A DNA stretch of 64,000 nt from a virus, in IMG/VR virus record IMGVR_UViG_3300044846_001970, positions 20,511-84,510 of that record; one strand, written 5' to 3'. How positions within the stretch are numbered: the first letter of the stretch is position 1; every line of letters starts with the position of its first letter. Shown here piece after piece: positions 20,667 through 30,034 of this stretch. The position numbers were made by a program, and so were the translations under genes. The notes beneath the pieces are model-generated. The model was not told the DNA's origin, searched no databases, and saw nothing but the letters and a program-made list of their open reading frames with translations.

Positions 20667-23615
20667 TTAATTTCCACAATTGCAAGAACTTGCTGGTCTG
20701 TTACAACAACTAGATAATGGTTTACATATATAATTTGGATTTCTTAAAGAATCTAAATCAATAAGTTGTTTTTTAATTAACAAGTCATCTAGTTCTTCTG
20801 GACAACAGTTTGAAATACCATATCTTAATTCTAGTACTGATTTATAAAGTAATTCAGCTGACCTACATGTTATTTCTTCATACTTCCAAATAGAACAAAA
20901 TGGTGTGTTATATCCTGGTGTTAAAGATTTTAATGGGTATACTTTTGGTGGGCATACTCCATTGTCACAATTACCAAAGTATGTTGCATAATATACAAAA
21001 GCAATACTACTAATAGTTCTAGGATTTAATACTGGGATACTTGATATAATTTGCCAATCTCCTTGAGGACAATCTAAATTATTTACTAAACCTAAATTAT
21101 AAAGCGGATTCCCACTTGCATCATATATTTCCCAAGTAGTTCCATTATAGGCTACTGTTTTATTTGTTCCATAATTATATATTTTTTTACCATTTGCTAA
21201 TACACCTGTAGCTATTGCTAATACTATTGTATCAACAGAACTTACTGTTTCAGTAAATATTAAAATATCACAGTCTTCTTCTGGAAGTAACCACTTTATT
21301 AAACAAATTCTATCACTAGTTTCTCCTGGTTGTAAAGTAAGAGTTTGTGTATCACCATAGCAATCAACATAATCATAAGTATATTCTACTAAGTTTTGAT
21401 TTTTAATAGTTGTACATATACAAGGAGCACTTGTTATACATGTAATACAATCTATATAATCACTAATAACTATAACAGATCCTGGATTTATTGGTACTAT
21501 TGCTAAAGCTACAGTCCAACACTCATCACAATTATTAAGTTTAACAGTAAGACCTACATATAAGCTAAGATCTGTATATGTATAAATTATATTTTGAGGA
21601 TCATTACAATCAGTTAATCTATAGTATGGTCTTTCACATTCAAAGCAATTAATAAAAGAAGTAATAATTACAATGACTTGTGTTGAAGGAGGAACAAAAT
21701 TAATAAGTTCAACTATAAAGCATCCACAATCAGTTAAAAGAGTTTGTCCTACATATGCTGATAAATCTTGATAAGTATATTGAATATCATAAATTCCTGT
21801 ACAACTAGTAAGTTTATATGCAACAACAGTTTTACAACTATCACAACCGTCAGTAGTAATTAAAATTATAACTTCTATTGGACAATCACATTCATCTAAG
21901 GGTGATTCTTCTACTATCCAACATGTATCATATCCTGCAATTCTAATTATAGAACCATTTATTGCAGGTACTATGAGACCTGCAGTATTACTATAAATAA
22001 TATTTGTAGGATCTTCACAATCTGTAAGTTTAAAACATTTTTCTGGACAAACATTATCTATACAATCTCCTAATGCAGTTATAGTATAATCATCACTTGT
22101 GTTTCCTGTAATAGGTAAAATCTGAGAACATAGTGTTATCCAAGGTGGTGTTGATGCTGGATCAATATTTATTAGCACACCATCTTGTATATATGTAATA
22201 CCTTGAGCACCTTCTATATAATAACATATTGTATCACAATCACATACAGTTTCTGGATTAATTGTTACAACTATTGCACCTTCACAATTAGGATCTTCTA
22301 GTTCAACAACAAAAACACAACCAGTAAAAACATCTGAATTAGAAACAGATACAAAAGTATTTACATAATCTATTAATCCATTTGTATTACTTATAAAAGG
22401 TGGAGTTACTCCATCACAAGGTATTAGTAAAAAACATGGACAAATAAGTTCAAACTTAGTTTCAATAGTACATAATGGAACTCCTTGACATTCATCTAAA
22501 ACAGATCCTTCTGGACATTCCCAAATACCTGGATCATTTGGATCAGGTACTTGTAATCCAAGCATATTAGCTGTTGAAAATAAAGTAAATGGAACTAAAT
22601 CTGCTGGGACATTACCACAGTTACCTGGACCAAGAGCTGGATTTAATAAAGTAGATTGAAAAGTTGCAAGATCTATATCATATATTTCTGCACCAAAAGC
22701 TTCTTTGTTATTAATTCCTCCAGGTAAATTTATACCACATAAAGTTATTGTATGTGTTCCTGCTGTTAATGTAATTGGAAAAACATGCCATGAAGTAAAT
22801 GGAACACTAACATTATCATTAGGTACATTAAGATATACTGTAAGTACATTATCTATATAAAGTTTTACTTTATTATCTCCTGCAATACCAATTAGATATT
22901 GTTTTGTTTCTGTTGGTATTACACAAAAATCAAAACAAAGTTCTACATTTACAGGAAATCCTGGTGCCCAAATACCAACAGTATTTAATCTACCTCCTAT
23001 AGTTCCTGTTGGACAAGGACCCCATGAACCCCACAAAGTACTCATTACTTGATTAGTAACAGGAATAACCGCTCCTAAACCATTATTATCTTTTACAGAA
23101 TATAAAGCATTACTAGCTCCCATTCCAAGTACTGGAAGTATTGCTGTACTAATATCACTATAAAGTCTAATACCAGCAGCTGAATAACTAGTAACCTTGT
23201 CACCTGCTCCTACAGTTAATAATCCACCAGTATAAGTTGCTTCTACTTCAACAACCTGAATACATTCTCCATCTATTTCAGTAAATCCTGGAGGACATTC
23301 ACATACTACAGGAGTTGTACAAGGAGTACATATTGGATCATCACAATCAAGTGCTTTATTTGTTTCTACAAGAAATATAATATTTGGAACAATAGGATAT
23401 GATATTGGTAGTTGAGTTGTTAGTTGTACAACAGTATAACAGTACCCTGGTTCTAATGATCCTCCTGTTCCTGGAAAAGGTGTAGTACCAACATATTTAT
23501 ATGTTGTACCACTTACAATAGCTATTAGTCCAGAAAAAAATATATCTTCACCACCACAACATGGTGTAAATTTATAATATATACTTACAGTAATTGCATT
23601 TAATGGACCTGACAT
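20667..23615 (-). CDS. Cys-rich repeat fibre/spike protein with PA14-like jelly-roll insert
   Basis: Repeats of (Y/F)xLT(D/S)C...IxY...DLS.YVG...CW.V; IAGDNKVKLYID...LTAGTHTI motif. Confidence 0.55.
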   Translation of the reverse strand: MSGPLNAITVSIYYKFTPCCGGEDIFFSGLIAIVSGTTYKYVGTTPFPGTGGSLEPGYCYTVVQLTTQLPISYPIVPNIIFLVETNKALDCDDPICTPCTTPVVCECPPGFTEIDGECIQVVEVEATYTGGLLTVGAGDKVTSYSAAGIRLYSDISTAILPVLGMGASNALYSVKDNNGLGAVIPVTNQVMSTLWGSWGPCPTGTIGGRLNTVGIWAPGFPVNVELCFDFCVIPTETKQYLIGIAGDNKVKLYIDNVLTVYLNVPNDNVSVPFTSWHVFPITLTAGTHTITLCGINLPGGINNKEAFGAEIYDIDLATFQSTLLNPALGPGNCGNVPADLVPFTLFSTANMLGLQVPDPNDPGIWECPEGSVLDECQGVPLCTIETKFELICPCFLLIPCDGVTPPFISNTNGLIDYVNTFVSVSNSDVFTGCVFVVELEDPNCEGAIVVTINPETVCDCDTICYYIEGAQGITYIQDGVLINIDPASTPPWITLCSQILPITGNTSDDYTITALGDCIDNVCPEKCFKLTDCEDPTNIIYSNTAGLIVPAINGSIIRIAGYDTCWIVEESPLDECDCPIEVIILITTDGCDSCKTVVAYKLTSCTGIYDIQYTYQDLSAYVGQTLLTDCGCFIVELINFVPPSTQVIVIITSFINCFECERPYYRLTDCNDPQNIIYTYTDLSLYVGLTVKLNNCDECWTVALAIVPINPGSVIVISDYIDCITCITSAPCICTTIKNQNLVEYTYDYVDCYGDTQTLTLQPGETSDRICLIKWLLPEEDCDILIFTETVSSVDTIVLAIATGVLANGKKIYNYGTNKTVAYNGTTWEIYDASGNPLYNLGLVNNLDCPQGDWQIISSIPVLNPRTISSIAFVYYATYFGNCDNGVCPPKVYPLKSLTPGYNTPFCSIWKYEEITCRSAELLYKSVLELRYGISNCCPEELDDLLIKKQLIDLDSLRNPNYICKPLSSCCNRPASSCNCGN

Positions 23616-23626
23616 ATTTGGTATTA

Positions 23627-23812
23627 TTATCTAGTAAATTTTCTTAAATTCTGATTTTGTATTTGTAATTTGGTTAAACCATCCCTTACAATAGGTTGAG
23701 TTTTTTTATCTACAGTTGTAATACAACTAGTACATCCTACTAAGCCTGTTGATGAAGTTCTTTTCTGACATCCACAAGACATATTTTTTTTACAGTTTGG
23801 ACATTGAGCCAT
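23627..23812 (-). CDS. Small Cys-rich (Zn-binding) protein
   Basis: CPNC...CGC...CTSC. Confidence 0.6.
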   Translation of the reverse strand: MAQCPNCKKNMSCGCQKRTSSTGLVGCTSCITTVDKKTQPIVRDGLTKLQIQNQNLRKFTR

Positions 23813-23833
23813 AAATTATTGGTTTTTAAATAT

Positions 23834-24376
23834 TTAACAATTAACACAATCCATTTTATTTAGAAGTTTCCAAGCATAATTGTAAAGTGACATTCCTTTT
23901 TGAGGTTCATGACAAAATTCTACTTTACCTTTTGCTGCTTCTAAATACATTTTAATAAGTCCTAATTCTTGTAATTTTTGTTTAACTTTAAATGGAGGAT
24001 CACAATCTGCTACATCCACTCTACAAAGAATATTATAATATCTATTTAAAGCTTGAGTAATTCTTAAATGATTATACTCTACATATACTAGATCATTAGG
24101 AGAAACACTATACTTAATTATGTAAATACCATCTGGTATGTCTACAAGTTGAGTTCCACAATTTGATGTTTGTAAGTTTAAATCACAGGCTGTTATATGA
24201 TCAAGAAATCCTTGAGTAACATCTAGTTGTACTGAATAAGTAAATCCAGGAACAGTTATGTTTAAAGTTTCACAAACAACAGGTATAAGATCAGTATAGA
24301 TACTAGTATCCATTATAGTTAAGATACAAGTATTCATAACTGTAGGTACTTCTAAACTTAAGATATGATTAGACAT
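23834..24376 (-). CDS. Putative tail hub/structural protein
   Basis: 180 aa with IPDGIY.IKYSV motif typical of crAss-like structural genes. Confidence 0.55.
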   Translation of the reverse strand: MSNHILSLEVPTVMNTCILTIMDTSIYTDLIPVVCETLNITVPGFTYSVQLDVTQGFLDHITACDLNLQTSNCGTQLVDIPDGIYIIKYSVSPNDLVYVEYNHLRITQALNRYYNILCRVDVADCDPPFKVKQKLQELGLIKMYLEAAKGKVEFCHEPQKGMSLYNYAWKLLNKMDCVNC

Positions 24377-24390
24377 AGTGATATAAATAA

Positions 24391-24429
24391 AAAATGGGGA
24401 AAGGAGTATGAAACTCTTCTCCCCATTTT
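24391..24429 (-). terminator. Intrinsic terminator
   Basis: aaaatggggaaaggagt/actcttctccccatttt hairpin, U-run on minus strand, after the 549-aa gene. Confidence 0.65.
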
Positions 24430-24451
24430 AGTTAGTAATTAATCTATATTC

Positions 24452-26101
24452 TTAGTAACAAGCTACTACATTGTACGGGTTATAAACTGGTACAGCAGGG
24501 AAGTTAATTGGAACATTACAAACTGTAGAACAGCTATAAGTATCAATTTCACAAACTCCACAGTTAGATAACCAATCAGAAGTATCAGTTACAAAAGTAG
24601 TAAGTGGTACTAAAGAGAATACCTCTAACAAATACTGATCAGAATCAAATGTACCAGAAGGATTATAATTCCTTGGAACATTATGTTGTAACATATATCT
24701 GTAGTATAATGCAGAACGGTCAATTGAACTAATAATTTGGTTTCCTTGAGTAATCTCACGGATCCTTAAATCAGTTGCTAAGAAGTTTTGTCTGTAAGAT
24801 TCTGACATAGTCAAATCTCTTACTACAGTTTCTCCTAAACCTTGAACTTGAAGACCTTGACATTCTGTTACTACACAAAGAGTAGTAAATGCACATGGGT
24901 CACCATTATAATCTACTTCAGAAGCATATAATCTAACTGCCTCTTTTTCATAGAAATCAGAAAGTTGGAAAGTACAATCTCCAAATTTAGTATCTACATA
25001 AGCACCATTTATAATTAAACCTGCACAATCACCAGCAGTATGTCCTGGAGATACATAGTTATCCCAAGTATCAGCACCATTTGCAGCTAAGAAAGCAGCA
25101 GATGTTCCTGGAGCATACCAAAGTGATCCATCTTCAGCTTGTACAACAATCTGTACAAAAGGACCTACAATTGGATTAGTTGTTAAACCATTTGCCCATA
25201 AAATCATTACTTCAGTTGAGTCAACTGCAGTAGGAGCAATAGTACCAGCTGGACAACATCCAGTATAAGCATCTTGTGTTGTATATGCATTGTGATCTAA
25301 GAATCTTAATGCAGGAGAACCTTTTACATCTAAACGTAAAGAGTAAGTCTCACCACATAAATATTCTTTACAACAGTCTGGAGAAATTCCACATCCTGTT
25401 TGAGCATGAGGTTGAGTTGTTATAAATGCAGATATTACAGCATCATTACCACCACCTACTAAAGTTAATAAATCACCAAAAGTATATCCTTTTCCTGGAT
25501 TTTCAACAGTAACTGTTAAAACATTACCAGCACCATCAGCAGTAAAAGAAACAACTAATCCAGTACCTGTACCACCAGTTACAGTAGTAACACCTGAAAG
25601 AGCATAACCTGAACCATTAACTGAAATAATAACAGCTGTTACACCACCACCTGCAGTCCAATATGTAGAACCTACATGGATTACATTGTTTTGTGGAGCA
25701 CATGGAGCAACTGAATAAAAACGAGATACATACTTAGGGTTAACCATTTTAGACTTGTTAGTCTCTTGGTAACCACCAGCTAAAGGTCCAATCTTGTCAT
25801 TAGAATAAATTGCAGAACCTGCAAGATATGCATTACAACAAACTGGAGTTGAAGGAGCAATATCAATAGATAAATTGCTTTTTGGATCAAACCATCCAAT
25901 ATATCCATCAGTAGTAGCAGTTGTAGTACCTTGAGCAGATAATTGATTAAGTCCATAAGTTGGAATACCAACTGATGTTAAGTATCCTTCAGATGTTGTC
26001 GCAGCAACAGTAGTTCCATCAGGAAGTGTAATAAGAGTACCAGCTTGGGTTGCCCCAGTAGCTAGAAAGCTTTTCTTGAAAGCATGATTAAAATAAGCCA
26101 T
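24452..26101 (-). CDS. Putative auxiliary capsid/structural protein
   Basis: 549 aa with its own upstream motif and downstream terminator; MAYFNHAF start; crAss-like gene order. Confidence 0.55.
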   Translation of the reverse strand: MAYFNHAFKKSFLATGATQAGTLITLPDGTTVAATTSEGYLTSVGIPTYGLNQLSAQGTTTATTDGYIGWFDPKSNLSIDIAPSTPVCCNAYLAGSAIYSNDKIGPLAGGYQETNKSKMVNPKYVSRFYSVAPCAPQNNVIHVGSTYWTAGGGVTAVIISVNGSGYALSGVTTVTGGTGTGLVVSFTADGAGNVLTVTVENPGKGYTFGDLLTLVGGGNDAVISAFITTQPHAQTGCGISPDCCKEYLCGETYSLRLDVKGSPALRFLDHNAYTTQDAYTGCCPAGTIAPTAVDSTEVMILWANGLTTNPIVGPFVQIVVQAEDGSLWYAPGTSAAFLAANGADTWDNYVSPGHTAGDCAGLIINGAYVDTKFGDCTFQLSDFYEKEAVRLYASEVDYNGDPCAFTTLCVVTECQGLQVQGLGETVVRDLTMSESYRQNFLATDLRIREITQGNQIISSIDRSALYYRYMLQHNVPRNYNPSGTFDSDQYLLEVFSLVPLTTFVTDTSDWLSNCGVCEIDTYSCSTVCNVPINFPAVPVYNPYNVVACY

Positions 26102-26169
26102 TTTGTTTTTTGTTTTTAGTTAATAATATAATATACTATAATATAGTAAAAGTTTTTGATATAACAAAA

Positions 26170-26622
26170 TTATTTCAAGAACTTTAATTTATATTTAGCT
26201 GAGTTTAAAGTATCCTTAACTGTATCAAGACTATTTACAAGTTCTGTATAAGGCATTTTTGCTTGAAGTGCATTTACCATGTTAGTTAAATCTCTAAGGT
26301 ATACTAATGCATCTTCTACAGTATCTAAGGTTCTTGCACCTACTTCAGAATATGTAAGTAACTTTTCAGAGGCACCTTGATATCCTTCTGCAAGGTCATC
26401 AGCATGTCCTGGCATTGCATCATACAATTCATTCAATGCTTTGTGTGCAGCATAAGATCCCATACCTGTTATCTTAAGATGTAATTTATGAAAGCTTGTT
26501 CCAGCATTCATTAACTCTGATATACATGCTGCAGTCATTGTATCACAATTGCCACCTGCAGGTGCGCTTGAGTATGAAGCAGTAGCTGCAGCATCTCTTT
26601 TTAACATTCTAGGTTTGTCCAT
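26170..26622 (-). CDS. Ferritin/Dps-like four-helix protein
   Basis: FHKLHL...SYAAHKALNELYD...D.LAEGYQG...YKLKFL signature. Confidence 0.75.
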   Translation of the reverse strand: MDKPRMLKRDAAATASYSSAPAGGNCDTMTAACISELMNAGTSFHKLHLKITGMGSYAAHKALNELYDAMPGHADDLAEGYQGASEKLLTYSEVGARTLDTVEDALVYLRDLTNMVNALQAKMPYTELVNSLDTVKDTLNSAKYKLKFLK

Positions 26623-26636
26623 TATTTTTTTATTTT

Positions 26637-27335
26637 TTAGTTATTTCTTTCAGCTCCTTCTGTACCTCTACCAAACTGACTAGTGGATTCAATATCTCCT
26701 GCTAAAATACTAACAGTTTCATCTATTAATAATTCTATTATATCATCTTTAAATTCACATTCTATATTTACAGGAGATTGTAAAGTTGTATAAGGATCAA
26801 CACATCCTTGTATTTGTATTTTTCTTGGTTGTCTGTAATATATTAAATCTGAAGATTCTATATTAAATTCTCCATTAGTGTATATATTAACTTGATTATC
26901 TATTAAAGTAGCAAAGGTTTCAGCCCATTCAAAACTTGGTTTTTTTGAATCATCTCTTAAAAGTAAATTTAAGTTTGCTTCTTCAACAAAATATACAACC
27001 ATTCTTCTTTTATTACAACAATCTTTTTGAGCAAATACATCTACTCTTTTCCATTGTAAATATTCTTCTGGTAATGGGGAACCATAAAATATATCATCTT
27101 CATTTAATGTAAGTGGTATAGTTTTAAGAAGAACTTGTAAATCATCTTTTCTTCTAGTAGATTGTTCATCACCTTCTTTAACTACATTAATACCATGTAA
27201 CTGTCTTCTAGACCATTCTACTTGAGCTTTATTAAATGCTTCAACAATTTGCCAGCACTCTATATTATCAAAGTCTTGAGAATCAAGCTTATTGATCCTT
27301 TGTTTTATCTTTATAGTAATGGTGCTATTTAACAT
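26637..27335 (-). CDS. Putative head-tail ring protein
   Basis: NKLDSQ...FNKAQ...EQSTRRKDDLQ.L...YYRQP conserved crAss-like pattern. Confidence 0.65.
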   Translation of the reverse strand: MLNSTITIKIKQRINKLDSQDFDNIECWQIVEAFNKAQVEWSRRQLHGINVVKEGDEQSTRRKDDLQVLLKTIPLTLNEDDIFYGSPLPEEYLQWKRVDVFAQKDCCNKRRMVVYFVEEANLNLLLRDDSKKPSFEWAETFATLIDNQVNIYTNGEFNIESSDLIYYRQPRKIQIQGCVDPYTTLQSPVNIECEFKDDIIELLIDETVSILAGDIESTSQFGRGTEGAERNN

Positions 27336-27338
27336 TTG

Positions 27339-28118
27339 TTATTTTTTTTTACTTGCATTTTTTTTAACTCCACTAATTCTATTAACAACAGTAGTTTTAG
27401 TTATCCCACCCATTTTTTGATAAGTTCCAGGTTGGTTTTCAATTTTTTTTGCTAATCTATTTGCTTGTCTTGTAGCTGCATTACCTGAAATAGTTTTTGT
27501 TTTTTTAATTTCATCATCTCCCCAACGTTTTTCTGGACTTGCATTTTGTGCTCTATTAGCACTAACTTTTTTATATGTTGTTTTAGTATAAGTTTTACCT
27601 GCATTAGATGTATCAAATTTAATTGATTTATCTCCTATTTTTGAAACAGTACTAGTAGGATCTCCTTTAAATTTATTATATTTTTTATTTCTTGGATCTG
27701 TTTCACCACCCTCATCATATTTCTTTTTTACAGAACCACCCTTTTTCTGATAAGCAGCACTTCTAGCTTGCATAGTTCCAGAAGAATTATATTGACCTTT
27801 GTCCATATTATTCATTCTTTGTGTATCATCTCCCATAGCATCAATAGGATTAATCCCTGTAGGTCTAGAGCTATTCATTACAGGTGTTGGATTAGCATAT
27901 GGGATAGGAGGAATTGCAGGATCATTTTGAGGAGAAGCAAATGCAGCGTTTGCAGCTTGCTCTTGAGTCATAGGACCAACTTGACTACCTGTTACATCTC
28001 CTTGAAATCTTTTCAATGATTTCTTATACTTAGACATTTCTCCACCAGCTTTTTTATAAGCCATATCTTTATTATCATTAAAAAATTTAAGTGGATTTGA
28101 AGTATTAGTCTTTTTCAT
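27339..28118 (-). CDS. Lys-rich protein with xxxGG motifs
   Basis: KKAGG, QKKGG, YDEGG, QKMGG. Confidence 0.65.
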   Translation of the reverse strand: MKKTNTSNPLKFFNDNKDMAYKKAGGEMSKYKKSLKRFQGDVTGSQVGPMTQEQAANAAFASPQNDPAIPPIPYANPTPVMNSSRPTGINPIDAMGDDTQRMNNMDKGQYNSSGTMQARSAAYQKKGGSVKKKYDEGGETDPRNKKYNKFKGDPTSTVSKIGDKSIKFDTSNAGKTYTKTTYKKVSANRAQNASPEKRWGDDEIKKTKTISGNAATRQANRLAKKIENQPGTYQKMGGITKTTVVNRISGVKKNASKKK

Positions 28119-28120
28119 AG

Positions 28121-28459
28121 TTATTTCTTTTTTGCTATTTTTTTTATAGAACCACCTTTTTTCATTTTAGAATTAAATTGCATCCCTTTATAATTAGGAC
28201 TTTTAGGATCATGTGCATCAATCCATTCTTTTACACCTGAAGATCTTGGATTTATTTTTGTATCTTTTGATGACCTAGAAATTACATTACCATTTTTATT
28301 AGTTCTAGTTTTTTCAACATGTTTACCACCTCCAGGCATTTTAAAAACCTCTTTAGTTACTTGACTACCAAACAAACCAGATCTTTCAATAAGTTTTCCT
28401 TGAACTTCTTTTCCATCAAACTCTTTAGATATTGATGAAACTTTTCTACTTTTTGCCAT
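28121..28459 (-). CDS. Small basic protein with MKKGG motif
   Basis: 112 aa, tightly packed operon. Confidence 0.65.
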   Translation of the reverse strand: MAKSRKVSSISKEFDGKEVQGKLIERSGLFGSQVTKEVFKMPGGGKHVEKTRTNKNGNVISRSSKDTKINPRSSGVKEWIDAHDPKSPNYKGMQFNSKMKKGGSIKKIAKKK

Positions 28460-28461
28460 AG

Positions 28462-28818
28462 TTATTTATTTTTTGCCATTGCTTTAAATGTCCGAGCTAA
28501 AGCTTTTCTCTTTGGTGTGCATGTAGGTTTAGACATGGGAGTACAGAAACCTTTGTGTTTAGGGTTAACTGCTTTCTGTATCCATTTCTTATCAGTAGCT
28601 CCACCTTTTTTTACCTGATATAATTTAGGTTCTGCTTTAGGTTCTTCTTTTATAATAGATGGTTTGTTAACTCCCCGAAAAACTCCTTTTAAAGTTCTTG
28701 TTTCTTTAACTTTTTCATCTTCACCATACTTTTTAGTAATTTTAGTTTTATAATTACCATCTGGAGAATAATACTTTAACTTGGCTTCTTTTGGATTTTT
28801 AGGTTTCTTAGTAGCCAC
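28462..28818 (-). CDS. Small basic protein
   Basis: VKKGG then KKWIQKAV...RKALARTFK motif common in phage basic proteins. Confidence 0.65.
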   Translation of the reverse strand: MATKKPKNPKEAKLKYYSPDGNYKTKITKKYGEDEKVKETRTLKGVFRGVNKPSIIKEEPKAEPKLYQVKKGGATDKKWIQKAVNPKHKGFCTPMSKPTCTPKRKALARTFKAMAKNK

Positions 28819-28820
28819 TA

Positions 28821-29054
28821 TTATTTCTTTTTAGCTTTTTTCTTAATAGCAGTAATAATATCAGCTCTTGTAATTTTGTTCTTAGGTGCGGCCATTCCAG
28901 CTAATTTTGCTTTTGCAGCACCACCTAATTTCATCATACCAGTCTTACCATCTGTAGCACCAGCTCCAATAGCATAAGGAATACCAGCAGCAAAACTACC
29001 ACCATTAGCCATTTTAACTTTACCACCACATTTTGCACACATTAACTTTGCCAT
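28821..29054 (-). CDS. Small basic protein with three GG motifs
   Basis: AKCGG, MANGG, MKLGG. Confidence 0.65.
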   Translation of the reverse strand: MAKLMCAKCGGKVKMANGGSFAAGIPYAIGAGATDGKTGMMKLGGAAKAKLAGMAAPKNKITRADIITAIKKKAKKK

Positions 29055-29066
29055 AATTTCTATATT

Positions 29067-29300
29067 TTAATTACCTTTAGTAAAATTGTTTAATACATTA
29101 ACTTGTTCTTGAGCTAATTTTTTAACATCAGCCATCATCTTAGTGTTCTTTCTAATCTCATCAGCTCTTTTTAAAGTGCTTAATGCAGATTCAACTTCCC
29201 ACTTTTTCATGTCAGCTTTATTACCACCCATAATAGAAAGTCCTATTGAAGATTTCTTAGCAGGTGTTTTCTTAACAGTAGTTGTTTTTCTAATTGCCAT
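29067..29300 (-). CDS. Small basic hypothetical protein
   Basis: 77 aa in operon. Confidence 0.65.
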   Translation of the reverse strand: MAIRKTTTVKKTPAKKSSIGLSIMGGNKADMKKWEVESALSTLKRADEIRKNTKMMADVKKLAQEQVNVLNNFTKGN

Positions 29301-29302
29301 GA

Positions 29303-30007
29303 TTATTTCTTTTTAGTTGCTCCACCCATTTTTCTAACAGGTCGTGCTTTACCTGCACCTTTAAGACTTTTAAATCCAATAGGACTAGATGCTTGATCTT
29401 TACCAAATTTAACATAACTACCTTTATTATCACCAGTACCTGGTGCATCTGTACTTGGATATTTATAATCCATCATTCCTTTACCTTTAGCTACTTTTCT
29501 AGCAGCAGCTCTTGCTGTAATAGGAATACCTCCACCTGTATTAGCTTTTTTAAGTGTACTACCACCCATTTTCATTTTAGTTTTCATAGTTCCTCCAGTT
29601 TTCATTTTAGTTTTTATAGCTCCACCTTTCTTTTTTTCTTCTTTTTTAACAAGATTTTTTATTCCTTCTGCAACACCAACAGCACTACTAAGACCTGTAA
29701 GAATTGCAGTTGCAACTTTTGCACCTTTACCTTCTTTACCTGCTTTTAAATCTGCAACTTTTATATTTCTTTTAATACCTTTTTTTTCTTTTTTAAATTC
29801 TCTATTAGAAAGACCAGCTACTCTTTTTTGTTCAGCTGCAGCAGCTGCTTCTTTTTCTTTTGCAATTCTTTCAGCTTTTTCTTCAGCTGTTTCAGTAACT
29901 TTTGTTGTAGTAGTAGTATTTGGTTTAGCAGGAAGTAATTGTTTACAACCACCTTTACCATCAGAAACTTGTCCTTGAGGACATCCTTTTGTTGTTTTTG
30001 TTGCCAT
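29303..30007 (-). CDS. Lys-rich protein with tandem xxxGG motifs
   Basis: KKKGG, MKTGG, MKMGG, ANTGG, RKMGG; CPQG..C module. Confidence 0.65.
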   Translation of the reverse strand: MATKTTKGCPQGQVSDGKGGCKQLLPAKPNTTTTTKVTETAEEKAERIAKEKEAAAAAEQKRVAGLSNREFKKEKKGIKRNIKVADLKAGKEGKGAKVATAILTGLSSAVGVAEGIKNLVKKEEKKKGGAIKTKMKTGGTMKTKMKMGGSTLKKANTGGGIPITARAAARKVAKGKGMMDYKYPSTDAPGTGDNKGSYVKFGKDQASSPIGFKSLKGAGKARPVRKMGGATKKK

Positions 30008-30034
30008 CTTATTTAATTTTTTATAATTTATACT

